This document shows positions 1 through 9,717 of a stretch of DNA of 64,000 bases, piece after piece. Positions within the stretch are counted from its first letter, which is position 1; each line of letters starts with the position of its first letter. The notes beneath the pieces were generated by a model. The model was not told where the DNA came from and did no database searches. It was given only the letters and a program-made list of their open reading frames with translations. This stretch comes from Sedimentisphaerales bacterium. Its GTDB lineage: Bacteria; Planctomycetota; Phycisphaerae; Sedimentisphaerales; Anaerobacaceae. Where the stretch lies: contig OY970194.1 of NCBI GenBank assembly GCA_963708075.1, positions 6,240,001 through 6,304,000 on the forward strand, read 5' to 3'. A program made the translations under genes and the position numbers.

Positions 1-1056
1 CGCCGGGACCCGCACGAATTCAAATGGCACGCCATGCGTCGTGAGGACGGTTTTCCCGGTTTGACTATCGGTAGACAGGGTGCCATGCCCACGCTCAGGT
101 GGGCATGTGGCGCCTGCCTCTGCAACGGGCATGCTTACGCGAGCGTAAGCATGGCGCTCGGCCGGATCATCCGCTTCGCTCAGGGTGACGGAGGAGCGTG
201 AGGGCGAGGACAAGGCGATTCGGAATCCGGTCATCGGGTTGGCGAACGACGCGGCGCCGCGGTACCGGCGGCCATATCGGAGGTGATCTATCGGACTGGC
301 CCAACCGCCGCCGCGCATCACGTACCGCCATACCACCGGGGGGATCGTGGGGTCAGTCATCCGGGCGCCGCCGTCGAGCGCCGCACCGCGGTAATCCGGC
401 TGCCAGACGTCGAGGCACCACTCCCAGGCGTTGCCCTGCATGTCGTACAGACCCCAGGGGTTTGCCACCCTGGTCGCAACGGTATGAGGGCTATCCGACG
501 TGTTGTCCTCGTGCCACGCCACATCCTTCAAGCCTCCGGCGGAATCATCCTGCCGGTCTGCACGGGCGGCGTATTCCCACTCCGCCTCGGTCGGCAGCCG
601 GCAGGTCCGGCCGGTTTGTTCGCTCAACCAGCGGCAGAAGGCCGCCGCATCGTTGCGGCTGAGAACCACGGCTGGATAGTCGTCGCTTGGTTCGAAGCCG
701 GGCCGGCGCCAGTCGAGACCCCGTTGGTGCGGGTGCACGCCGGGCAGCGGACACGCATTGGCCCAGCCCAACCGTTCGGCGTCCGTCTTGTACCCGGTGG
801 CTTCCGTGAACGCCCGGAACTGCCGGACCGTCACCTCGGTCTTGCCCACGTAGAGCCCGTCCGCGATTGTGACCTCGTGCGCCGGCCTCTCGTCCCGACT
901 ACCCGACGACGAGCCCATCAGGAATCGTCCTGCCGGAATACGCACCAGCTCGAACGCCACGTTGCCGACTCTCAACGTCTGCGTATCTGCCGCTGCGGCT
1001 GCCAGGCTTGCGCTTGCGAGAACGAATGCGACTGTAAGAACCCGGAATCTGCGCAC
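1..1056 (-). CDS. Formylglycine-generating enzyme (SUMF1/FGE-sulfatase) family protein with signal peptide and probably tandem domains; runs off the window edge
   Basis: Not in ORF track (no stop in window). Own translation from GTG 1056: MRRFRVLTVAFVLASASLAAAAA..ELVRIPAGRFLMGS..DERPAHEV..EVTVRQF..RLPTEAEWEYAAR..NPWGLYDMQGNAWEWC..RGGGW..GFR, then a linker and FEFVRVPA (start of a second domain). Confidence 0.9.
   Translation of the reverse strand, partial: MRRFRVLTVAFVLASASLAAAAADTQTLRVGNVAFELVRIPAGRFLMGSSSGSRDERPAHEVTIADGLYVGKTEVTVRQFRAFTEATGYKTDAERLGWANACPLPGVHPHQRGLDWRRPGFEPSDDYPAVVLSRNDAAAFCRWLSEQTGRTCRLPTEAEWEYAARADRQDDSAGGLKDVAWHEDNTSDSPHTVATRVANPWGLYDMQGNAWEWCLDVWQPDYRGAALDGGARMTDPTIPPVVWRYVMRGGGWASPIDHLRYGRRYRGAASFANPMTGFRIALSSPSRSSVTLSEADDPAERHAYARVSMPVAEAGATCPPERGHGTLSTDSQTGKTVLTTHGVPFEFVRVPA
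78..189. repeat. GGGTGCCATG..CATGGCACCC-family palindrome doublet plus a CGCTTCGCTCAGGGTGAC arm, lying inside the FGE ORF
   Basis: Same family as intergenic copies at 24501-24579 and 63352-63430; hairpin CATGCTTACGCGAGCGTAAGCATG. Confidence 0.85.
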
Positions 1057-1129
1057 TGCGTGTGTGTCTCATAATTTGATTCTCCGCAAATGAGTGGTTT
1101 GGACCCGCGACCGGGTCAATAATCAATTA

Positions 1130-2668
1130 TCAATTATCCCTAATCGATCTGAGGGTCCGGCCATAGACTTCCACCTCGATGTAGTGATTCAGATCGTCGC
1201 TCGTGTTGCCGTTGCTGTAGAGCCTGACGTAGCGGCCCTGCACGCCCTTGCAGTCGATGAGCTTGCCCTCGTTCGTTTCCGTATAGTGCAGGTCCGTGCC
1301 GGCGCCGAGGCCGAGGGAGTTGTCACGATCGTTGTTGAAGACGGTCTCCACGCCGGCCCGGAAGCTCTTATCGTCGGAAATCTGGGCGACCACGTCGAAG
1401 TACACGCGCGGCAGCTCGTGGTAGTGCCAGGCGATGATCGCGTAGATCTCGCATCGTTCGCGCAGATCGATCGTGACGTATTGCGGCTTTGGGCCAAGCT
1501 CGATGAGGCTGCCGTCATCGGCCTCCTTGTCGCCATCGGTGATCATGTCCGGGCTGCCGTAGAGCGGATCGCGGTCGCTGGCGGAGACGGGCTTGCCGGC
1601 CGCGACATTCGTGGTTCCAGGCGGGGCCAGGAACGGCGGTCGAGGCCGGCCGCGGGGCCGCTCCAGGTTCGGCGTCCGCGCATCCTGCGGCGTGCCGACG
1701 AATTGCGGCTTGGGCAGCTTGATCTGCAGCGGAACCAGCTTCGGGTCGCTCGCAGGCGTCGGCGCGGGCGTGGGGATTGCCGCTGGCTCGTCGCTTGGCG
1801 TGCCCACAGGCTGCTGCCTGCGGTCGATCACGCGGGCCGTGGTGGGTACGCCGAGATCGAACATGCTGGCGGGCCCCGATTGCGGATAATCGATTGCCCA
1901 TTCCTCGCGACCCAGCGTGCTGCCATCCTGGCCTCGATACTCGACACTCGCCGCGATGACCCGCTTCGTTGCCGGATCGGCCATCATGGCGATCTTGACG
2001 CGAGCGGCCGGACGGCCGCTCAGATTGAGACCCGCAGCGGTGGTTTCGATCTCATACGCCCGCACGGACTTGCCCTCCTGCTCGGCGGTCCACGTGGTCA
2101 TCTCCACATCGTCCTTCGCCGCGAACACGGCGAATGCATCGATGAGGTTGTACGTCGACTCGGGCCCGAAAGGAGACACAGACGCCAGCTCCGAAACCAA
2201 TACGGTCTTGACGCGGGGGCTGTAGACGAATTGCTCGCGTCCCGCTCCGTAGTCCCAGCCGAGCATGCTGCCGTCATCCATCACCACATAGGTCTTCTGT
2301 GCTGCAAAGTTGTACCAGTGCTGCGTGGTACGCCCATCGGTGTTCTGGTAACCCCTGACGGCGGCGTGCATCCACGGCATTTTCGTGGTGGCCAGCCGAA
2401 CCTGGTCGAAGGTCATCGGACCGCCGTCGCTGAGCAACGCCCAAGCTCCTATTGTTGCTGCGATGAGAACCGTCGCTGCGACAGCGAGCTTCTTCAAATT
2501 CGAAATCTGAAATCTGAAATTTGAAATTCCGCCCCGGGCGGTTCGGGCAGTCTGTTCGTAGGTCTGAAGCATCTGCCGTCGCAGCCGCTCGCGATGGGCG
2601 GGGTCCGGCTCGGCGTCGATCTTCAAGCCGGACACAAGTTTTCGAAAATTGTGCTCATTCTGAACCAT
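1130..2668 (-). CDS. Putative anti-sigma factor: one TM helix, extracytoplasmic domain, C-terminal discoidin (F5/8 type C)-like domain
   Basis: Overlaps the stop of the ECF sigma gene; TM LAVAATVLIAATIGAWALL; C-terminal TNVAAGKPVSAS..YVTIDL..GRYVRLYSNG..EVEVYG. Confidence 0.8.
   Translation of the reverse strand: MVQNEHNFRKLVSGLKIDAEPDPAHRERLRRQMLQTYEQTARTARGGISNFRFQISNLKKLAVAATVLIAATIGAWALLSDGGPMTFDQVRLATTKMPWMHAAVRGYQNTDGRTTQHWYNFAAQKTYVVMDDGSMLGWDYGAGREQFVYSPRVKTVLVSELASVSPFGPESTYNLIDAFAVFAAKDDVEMTTWTAEQEGKSVRAYEIETTAAGLNLSGRPAARVKIAMMADPATKRVIAASVEYRGQDGSTLGREEWAIDYPQSGPASMFDLGVPTTARVIDRRQQPVGTPSDEPAAIPTPAPTPASDPKLVPLQIKLPKPQFVGTPQDARTPNLERPRGRPRPPFLAPPGTTNVAAGKPVSASDRDPLYGSPDMITDGDKEADDGSLIELGPKPQYVTIDLRERCEIYAIIAWHYHELPRVYFDVVAQISDDKSFRAGVETVFNNDRDNSLGLGAGTDLHYTETNEGKLIDCKGVQGRYVRLYSNGNTSDDLNHYIEVEVYGRTLRSIRDN
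2495..2529. repeat. Five degenerate 7-bp tandem units (GAAATCT-like) inside the anti-sigma ORF
   Basis: caaattc gaaatct gaaatct gaaattt gaaattc. Confidence 0.8.
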
Positions 2669-3246
2669 TATTCATCTCCACCCAAGTCGACGCGCAGCTC
2701 TTCCTGCAGGCGTCGAAGGACTCGGTGCAGTGTCACACGGACCGTGGCGGGCCGAGCCTCCACGACCCGCCCGATCTCGTCATAATCCAGATTCTCAAAG
2801 AACCGCAGTGTCAGTATCGTCTGGTGCTCGGGCTTGAGCTGCTGAATCGCCGCGTAGAGCGTCGGCCAGTCCAGGCTCGACCATTCGCCCGATTCCTCCT
2901 CATCCAGCCGGCGGTAAGCCACGACATTTTCCATCAGCCGTCTTCGCCGGAAGCTCTTACGGATATAGGCGTTGGCCTGGTTAGCCGCGATGGTGTAAAT
3001 CCAGGCCCGAAAGTCCTGCTCCGTCTGACCCTTGAACCCCCGCATCATGCGGGCGACCGTCAGGAAGACCGTCGAGGTCACATCCTCGGCCGTGGCCCGA
3101 TTGAACAGCCGGTGCACGCAGAACCGAAAGATCCGGTCGTAATACAGCTCGTAGAGCCTGCCCATCGCACCGGCCTGCGTCTTCGCCAGTTCCACCAGAT
3201 CGTCGTAACCTGTTTGCTCAACGGGTTTTGCCATAATCATGACCAT
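2668..3246 (-). CDS. ECF RNA polymerase sigma factor
   Basis: Region 2 LYELYYDRIFRF..AEDVTSTVF..FRAWIYTIAAN; region 4 LRFFENLDYDEIGRVV..TVRVTLHR. Confidence 0.92.
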   Translation of the reverse strand: MVMIMAKPVEQTGYDDLVELAKTQAGAMGRLYELYYDRIFRFCVHRLFNRATAEDVTSTVFLTVARMMRGFKGQTEQDFRAWIYTIAANQANAYIRKSFRRRRLMENVVAYRRLDEEESGEWSSLDWPTLYAAIQQLKPEHQTILTLRFFENLDYDEIGRVVEARPATVRVTLHRVLRRLQEELRVDLGGDE

Positions 3247-3398
3247 TGCATAACTTCAATTGCGCCACCGGCCCCCATGTTACACCGCCGCCCCCGGAAA
3301 AGCAAAAAACAGCCCTTATGCATCCGGTTGACAGGCCCGGGCTTCGCGGGAACAATGTGCAAGCCTCAAGAAGGTCTATTTCCCGAAAGGAAGGTATC

Positions 3399-3728
3399 AT
3401 GGCTCGATCCGCAAAGAGTGTCGGACTCATCGTCTTGATTGCAGCGATCACAGCGGTCCTCGCATCGGTCGTCATCCCCGGCTGCACGCAGAACCAGGAC
3501 AATTCGCCCATCAGCATCTCGAACTCGCAGGGCCGCCTCGCCCTGAGCGTCGCCTGCAGCAACGATGGCTCGGTCGCCTACGTCACCGACGGACGAAATG
3601 TCTATCGCTATGCGAGCAGTTCCGCCGACCAGGCTCAATCCTGGCAATGCATCCTCTCCCAGAGCGAGCGTCTGGAGATGGCCGTCCAACACGATCCCAA
3701 CGAGCAACAGCCAATCGCGACCCGCTGA
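3399..3728 (+). CDS. Hypothetical lipoprotein
   Basis: AGGAAGG RBS; hydrophobic N-terminus ending VIPGC. Confidence 0.65.
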   Translation: MARSAKSVGLIVLIAAITAVLASVVIPGCTQNQDNSPISISNSQGRLALSVACSNDGSVAYVTDGRNVYRYASSSADQAQSWQCILSQSERLEMAVQHDPNEQQPIATR

Positions 3729-3854
3729 GCACACCCATAGTCTGCCGGGTCAGGATTCCCCTTGCGTTCCGGGTACCGTCATAGACAATTGGGCTGATGT
3801 GTGGGCTCGCACGCCCACGGGCAGTGGGGGATCGGTGCGATTGGGAGCAGTGCC

Positions 3855-4301
3855 ATGAATTCCCGTGCACAATTGAATGGTTGGCGTTTGGCCGTCGGTT
3901 TCCTTGCGGCACCGGCTATAGTGCCCATCACCTCGATTGTGATAGCATTCTTAATCGCAGAGGAGCACAAGGGGGATTGCCCCTTCAACTGGCTTCTGTG
4001 GGGCATGCTCTTCATTGGGTTTCCGGCATCGTATGGCTGGGCGACAATCATCGGAATGCCCTATGTTTACATCATGCACAAAGAGGGACATCTGGACTTC
4101 CGGACAATCATGGCCGGGACTGTCGGCCTGTGGGTTGGGTTTTTCGGCCTTTTGGGCATAGCCGGTTTGTGTGCGACAGGTCAGTTTCGCGATCCGTCTT
4201 TGCTGGGCGTCTTGGCGATCCTCTGCCTGCCGGGCGTGCTCCTGGCAGGTGCGGCCTTCTACGGCATCGCGATCCGACGACGTAGCCGGTTGCCTTCATA
4301 G
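3855..4301 (+). CDS. Hypothetical membrane protein (about 4 TM)
   Basis: GGGAG RBS; four hydrophobic segments. Confidence 0.7.
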   Translation: MNSRAQLNGWRLAVGFLAAPAIVPITSIVIAFLIAEEHKGDCPFNWLLWGMLFIGFPASYGWATIIGMPYVYIMHKEGHLDFRTIMAGTVGLWVGFFGLLGIAGLCATGQFRDPSLLGVLAILCLPGVLLAGAAFYGIAIRRRSRLPS

Positions 4302-4372
4302 CAGTAGTGTGGCTCGTCACTCGCTCGTGGTATGATGTTGGCCGGCAAAGGTTGTTGGCATGGAGAATAGAG

Positions 4373-4831
4373 ATGGAATACACGGTTGGTAGTGTCGGTC
4401 GGGTGGTGGTGGCGAGGTTGTTCGAGGGGGAGGATTTGCATGAGAGCATCGGGCTGATCGCTCGCAAGGAGGAGATTCGCTGCGCGGCGGTGCTGATCAC
4501 GGGCGGGTTCCGTGAGTCCCACATCGTGGTCGGGCCCCGGCAGGAGGAGCCGAAGATCGAGCCGCGGTTCCAGGTGTTTGCCGGACCCGGCGAAGTGCTC
4601 GGCGTCGGGACGCTTTTCTGGAACGACATTGAGCCGAAGCTGCACATCCACACGGCCATCGGCAAAGACGGCGAAAGCCTCGTCGGCTGCCCGCGCCACG
4701 ACACCCGCACGTTCCTGATCCTGGAAGTGACCATCATCGAGATCGCCGGCATCGACGCAGTACGCCAATTCGACCCCAAGGCAGGCATGAACCTCCTGCG
4801 CCTCGGATCCGCAGAACGTCCAACTCAGTGA
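4373..4831 (+). CDS. PPC domain (DUF296) protein
   Basis: GRVVVARLFEGEDL..EVLGVGT..KLHIHTAIG..LEV. Confidence 0.88.
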   Translation: MEYTVGSVGRVVVARLFEGEDLHESIGLIARKEEIRCAAVLITGGFRESHIVVGPRQEEPKIEPRFQVFAGPGEVLGVGTLFWNDIEPKLHIHTAIGKDGESLVGCPRHDTRTFLILEVTIIEIAGIDAVRQFDPKAGMNLLRLGSAERPTQ

Positions 4832-4856
4832 GAGGGCCACGGAACGCCTTATTCAT

Positions 4857-4879
4857 GTCATTCCCGCGCAGGCGGGAAT
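4857..4879. repeat. GTCATTCCCGCG..GCGGGAAT palindrome
   Basis: Related copies at about 32311 and about 39615-39641. Confidence 0.7.
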
Positions 4880-5026
4880 TCACAAACCCATCGGACGGTC
4901 ACCGATTTATGACCGGAGCAGGCTTCGCGGTGCGCACAATTACCACGCACTGGGTGGATCGAGGCCGACCCGACCCGGATTATGAGGCTGTCAGCAGGTG
5001 ACTCGCCGACGATCTGTCGGCGTCAA

Positions 5027-5188
5027 CTACTTGGGCGGGGCGTTGGTCCGCCTGTCGCTGGAGCCGTGCAGTTCCTGCGCCGCTCGCGTTTCGTTGGACT
5101 CATCCAAAGAACAAAACCGTGGCGGCCGGCGACGGCACTGGTCCTTCTGTTCGTCCAGCCACGGGCAATTTGCACATTGCTCTCTCAT
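5027..5188 (-). CDS. Small Cys-rich hypothetical protein (53 aa)
   Basis: Below the ORF-track cutoff; AGAGG RBS; MREQCANCPWLDEQKDQCRRRPPRFCSLDESNETRAAQELHGSSDRRTNAPPK. Confidence 0.55.
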   Translation of the reverse strand: MREQCANCPWLDEQKDQCRRRPPRFCSLDESNETRAAQELHGSSDRRTNAPPK

Positions 5189-5385
5189 TCCCAACCTCTT
5201 TCTGCCTATCTGTCTCCCGACCTGCGGTCGGTACTATGTAATCCAGGGGCGCAAACCTGCGTACGGGAAGCCCCCCACATCCATTCAAAGGAATGCAAAA
5301 GCGTAATGATAGCGTTTGCTGGGATGCCTGTCAAGGCCCAGCACACAGAAAATACTACACGGCGAAAGCCCCTCAGACGCTGCAA

Positions 5386-5919
5386 CTATTGCGGGCGGGC
5401 GCCGGCGATGACTCTCAGGAACTGGTGACGGTCCATGACGTTGTGCAGCAGCTTGAACAGAATCCGGTCGATTCCCACATAGCTGCTGTTGAACGTTACG
5501 GCGATGACGACGAGGGCGGCCATCTCGACCAGGTTCTTGTTGACGATCAGATAGTTGCCTTCCATGGGAATCGAATAGTAGTATCCCACGAGCAGCGGGT
5601 TGCAGGCGTAGTAGAGCAGGATCAGGAAGATGCCTGCAGCACTCGCCAATCGCGTGAAACAGCCGAGGATCAATCCGAGGCCAATGGCCATCAGACCCGA
5701 GATATTCATCTGGTTCACAATCGTCAGAATGCTCGGCGTATCAGCCATCCAGTGAAATAGCGGGGCAAACCATCCCCTGGACTGCATCAGGTACCCCGCC
5801 GCGGACCAGTGGGGCTTCAGAAATTTGGCGACCCCTTCGTACAGGAAATGCCACCCGATCATCACCCGCAGAAACACCAGAGCGATCATCTGCACGCGAT
5901 AGTATCTTTGCTCTTCCAT
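5386..5919 (-). CDS. DoxX/DoxD family membrane protein
   Basis: LRVMIGWHFLYEGVAK..WSAAGYL..IGLGLILGCFTR..EGNYLIVNKNLVE. Confidence 0.9.
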   Translation of the reverse strand: MEEQRYYRVQMIALVFLRVMIGWHFLYEGVAKFLKPHWSAAGYLMQSRGWFAPLFHWMADTPSILTIVNQMNISGLMAIGLGLILGCFTRLASAAGIFLILLYYACNPLLVGYYYSIPMEGNYLIVNKNLVEMAALVVIAVTFNSSYVGIDRILFKLLHNVMDRHQFLRVIAGARPQ

Positions 5920-5971
5920 AATCTTGTCTCCTTTGCGAGAGATAGGCGCGGATCACGACTATCCGGGCGAC

Positions 5972-7406
5972 TTAGACCTTGAACTCATCTTCTTGGAAAT
6001 ACAGGCGTTTTCCAGCCTCGATGGCCTCATTGACCTTGAGCACGGAGACCGCCGTTTCATAGCCGACTTCCGCCGGACAGTTCAGGGCCTCTGTGCCTCG
6101 AACGGCATTGAAGAAGTTTTCCAGGTGCGGCTTGTGGTACGGGTCATGGAACTCGATCGGGATCTGGTGCTCATCGGGCGATACCGACTCCCGCACATCC
6201 AGCAAGGCGTTGATTTCGATCTCTTTCTTCGCCATCTGGACCCTGGGGGCGCTGACATAGCCCAGGCGGACCCATTCATCCCACGGCGGGGCTTCCGGCT
6301 GGCGGTAGATCGATCCGCGATAGCCCGCCTCGGATTCCGAGAGCACCAGGGTGCCCTGATCGCCCATGAAGTTCTCGAAATAGCCCTGGCTGCCGTTGGT
6401 GGTCTGAGTCTGGTAATATGCTCGCACGGGTCCTTTGCCGGTTCTCATACTCATAGATCGCCATCACGGTGTCGTACCACTCGTGCGATTCTTTGCTGTA
6501 GTAGTCGATGCCGCCGCTGGCCATGACTGCTTTGGGCTTGGCATCCAGGAACCAGTTGTAAATGTCGATCTGGTGCGATCCCAAATCGACAATCGGGCCT
6601 CCGCCCAGCCCTTTGCACCACCGCCAATTGCGGAACTGCTGCATGGATTTGAATCCGTATTTCTCGAGCCGGTCCTGTGAAATCAGGTAGCGGTTGGGCC
6701 AGCCGAGGTCCTGCTGAACGGATCGGTTCCACTGCCCGTTGATCGTGACGATCCGCCCGATCATATTCGCCTTGAGGAGCTTCTCATAGCAGTGAAGATA
6801 CCGGGGATGGCTTCGACGCTGGTGTCCGATCTGCAGGAGCTTGCCCGTTTCGCGGGCCGCGAGCACCATGTGCCGGGCGCCTTCCAGCGTGTTGGACATC
6901 TCTTTTTCGCAGTAGACATGCAGCCCGGCCCTCAGACAGTCCACGGTCTGCCGGCTGTGCCAGAAGTCGGGCGTTGCGATGACGACGGCGTCGAGGCCCT
7001 TTTCCTTCTCCAGCATCTCGCGGTAGTCTTCGTAGCCGTTGGCCTCGAATTTGTATTTGCTCAAGAGATTGATCGTCCGCTTGAGGCTGTAGTCGGTCCA
7101 GATGTCGCAGACGGCACGCAATCGTATGTTCGGTATTTTCAGCATGGCGTCGAGCAGCACGGAGCCCTGTGCTCCCGCGCCAATCAAGGCCACATTCAAC
7201 TCGGGGAGGTTCCCTGCGGGGGCGGTGGCTCCAAGCTTGGCCGCGGTTTGCGCCCTCTGGAAGACTCTCTCCTTATGTACGGCGTACCCGAACAGGCCGA
7301 GGACCGGCACGGCGGCCACGCCATGAAGAAAATCCCGTCGGTCCAGGCCGTTCGCCGGCCCGCTGTTTGGATTGTCCTTTTGAAGATGGCATTTGTCTTC
7401 GTTCAT
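5972..7406 (-). CDS. Tat-exported Gfo/Idh/MocA oxidoreductase, +1 frameshift near 6443
   Basis: RRDFL Tat motif, IGAGAQG, ATPDFWH, HVYCEK, DLGSHQID; ORFs 6276-7406 and 5972-6454 join if one A is removed from gagAaccggc. Confidence 0.88.
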
Positions 7407-7875
7407 GGCTGTTTCTCCTTATTGCGATCTTTGGATCACCGCAATTTCTATTGCGCATCAAGAGCTCGTGTTACATTGTGCGCGGCAAAATCCGGCCCGG
7501 CGCGATCACAACAACGTCACCATCAACCTGTGAGCGGAAATATTTTATTTTGCATTGATACGCTGGGGAGCGAGAAGCGTCTTTCGTGTGGGGTGCTGTC
7601 GGGAAACCCTCGCGAGAGGGAACGTGCGCTAACCCACCACAGCGCCCCTTCTTCATGCTTCCATGAAGAACCATCCTCGCAATCACACGCATATCCGTTC
7701 ATGGGGGACAATTATCGGACAACGGGCGTGTCGCCGAGTTGAGACATATCGCTTAAAGTAACTGATTGCGGTCGGAATGGGGATCGGGTATGAATGTCGC
7801 AGGGTAGGACCGTGATTGTACCGTTCGTTTGATGTGAGGGTGCATTGATGAACAGCACTTTGTTGGAGAACAACT

Positions 7876-9435
7876 ATGAAGACGGGTGACTGGGTTTCGG
7901 GCTGTGCATGTTGCGGGATGAGCCGTCGGCGGTTCCTGGCGGGCTGCGGCGCTTGTGTCGGTGCGGCGGGACTTTTGACCGTTCCCTCGCAGGTCGCCAC
8001 GGCCGGCACCGGCAAGGTGCGGATTCGGATTGTCTACTCGTTGCATGCGGTCAAGCAGCCGGGACCCGATTGGCCGAATGTCGGGTTCGATTTCGCCCCC
8101 GTGATGGATCGCATCAATAAGGAGTTGGCAAAGCGCCGCCCGGGATTCGAGTTCGTCTCGTCCATGGCCGCCGGACCCGAGCAGGCCAAGAAGATCCTCG
8201 ACGAGGACAAGACCGCCGGCATCGACGGCTATCTGGTCTATCAAATGAACGCGTGGAACCAGGTCGTGCAGACGATCGCGACGTCGGGCAAGCCGGTGCT
8301 GTATGCCGATTTCCAGTACGGCGGCAGCGGCGGGTTCCTCGTGTACACGGCCGGCTTCCTTCGCGGCAACGCTCCGAACGTTGGTTTCGTCTCGTCCTCG
8401 CGGATCGAGGACCTGGCCGAGGCGGTCAAGTGCTTCGACGTGGTGAAGAAGGCCGGCTCTATGGCCAACTTCGTCGCGGCCACCGCGAAAGCACGCACGA
8501 GCCAGACGCCCAAGCCTGGCGATATGCAATGCCTGCCCGATCCTCTGACGACGATCTCACCCGATGAGTGCATCCGCAAGATGAAAGCATCGAAAATCCT
8601 GGCCGTGCGCGGCCAGGAATCCGGGTCCGCCGACGCTATCATGGGCATTCCCATCGAGCTGGTGCCTTATGCAGAGGTCAACGATGCGTGGAAAGCGGCG
8701 GACAAAGCGCAGTCCGCGGCCGTCGCCGACCGATGGCAGAAGAACGCCACCGAGGTCATCGGCGTCTCCCGCGAGACACTCGAAACCTCTGCGGCCATGT
8801 ACCTGGGCATGAAGGACGTCCTGAAGAAGCACAACGCCAATGCGATCACGATGAACTGCCTGGGCGGCTTCTACGGCGGGCACATCCACGCCTACCCGTG
8901 TCTCGGCTTCCACGAGTTGAATAACGAGAGCCTGGTCGGGGCGTGCGAGTGCGACACGCGCTCGACGGCCGCGATGCTCATGATCAACATCTTGACGCAG
9001 GGCCGGCCCAGCTTCATCTCCGACCCCGTCATCGACACCGCCAAGCGCCAGATCATTTACGCCCATTGCGTCGCCCCGAACAAGATGTTCGGTTCGCAAG
9101 GCAAGACCAACCCCTTCACGATCCTGACCCATTCTGAGGACCGCCAGGGCGCCTCCATCCGCTCCGTCCTGCCCGTGGGTTACATGACCACTACGCTCGA
9201 GGTGGACCAGGGCTACAAGGAGATCCTGTTCCACCAGGGCAAGGCGGTCGCCAACGACCCCGACGATCGTGCCTGTCGGACAAAACTCGGGGCCGAGCCG
9301 GTCGGCGACATCGAGAAGCTTTTCACGATGTGGGACCGGTGGGGCTGGCACCGCGTCACCGCCTATGGCGACCTGAAGAAGCCGGTTTTCGCCCTGGCCG
9401 ACGCCATGGGCTGGAAGGTGATCGAGGAGGCATAG
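7876..9435 (+). CDS. Tat-exported L-fucose/L-arabinose isomerase-like protein
   Basis: SRRRFL Tat motif; NAITMNCLG..YPCLGF..ACECD..AHCVAP..HSED..CRTK..WHRV. Confidence 0.75.
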   Translation: MKTGDWVSGCACCGMSRRRFLAGCGACVGAAGLLTVPSQVATAGTGKVRIRIVYSLHAVKQPGPDWPNVGFDFAPVMDRINKELAKRRPGFEFVSSMAAGPEQAKKILDEDKTAGIDGYLVYQMNAWNQVVQTIATSGKPVLYADFQYGGSGGFLVYTAGFLRGNAPNVGFVSSSRIEDLAEAVKCFDVVKKAGSMANFVAATAKARTSQTPKPGDMQCLPDPLTTISPDECIRKMKASKILAVRGQESGSADAIMGIPIELVPYAEVNDAWKAADKAQSAAVADRWQKNATEVIGVSRETLETSAAMYLGMKDVLKKHNANAITMNCLGGFYGGHIHAYPCLGFHELNNESLVGACECDTRSTAAMLMINILTQGRPSFISDPVIDTAKRQIIYAHCVAPNKMFGSQGKTNPFTILTHSEDRQGASIRSVLPVGYMTTTLEVDQGYKEILFHQGKAVANDPDDRACRTKLGAEPVGDIEKLFTMWDRWGWHRVTAYGDLKKPVFALADAMGWKVIEEA

Positions 9436-9717
9436 GCAGATCGTTTCGTTCGGCTTTGAATCCAGCGGGCCTGCGCGTGCCGTCGCCATGCAGGCGCATG
9501 GCCCGTTGTTCACAAGAATCGGTACATCGGAGGCCTGCCAATCCAGCCGCAAAAGCAGCATTTTGGGCGAACAAAGGTAGCTCGCAAGCCGTGATATACG
9601 TGGTAATCGGTCTTACGCCTGGTGTCCAAGATGATAGGAGTGCGTCGCGCGAGCACGAGCATACCGCCGTGTTGAGTGATATTCTCCGCACCGTTGGAGC
9701 TTGCCCATAGGATACGC

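Noticed and set aside
1094..2524. Long antisense ORFs (also 12363-14144, 28280-29701, 35617-36993, 60807-62156)
   Set aside because: They are shadow frames of real GC-rich genes.
7529..7545. TGTGAGCGGA lac-operator-like half site between divergent genes
   Set aside because: Only half a site is present, and no LacI-family regulator is in the window.
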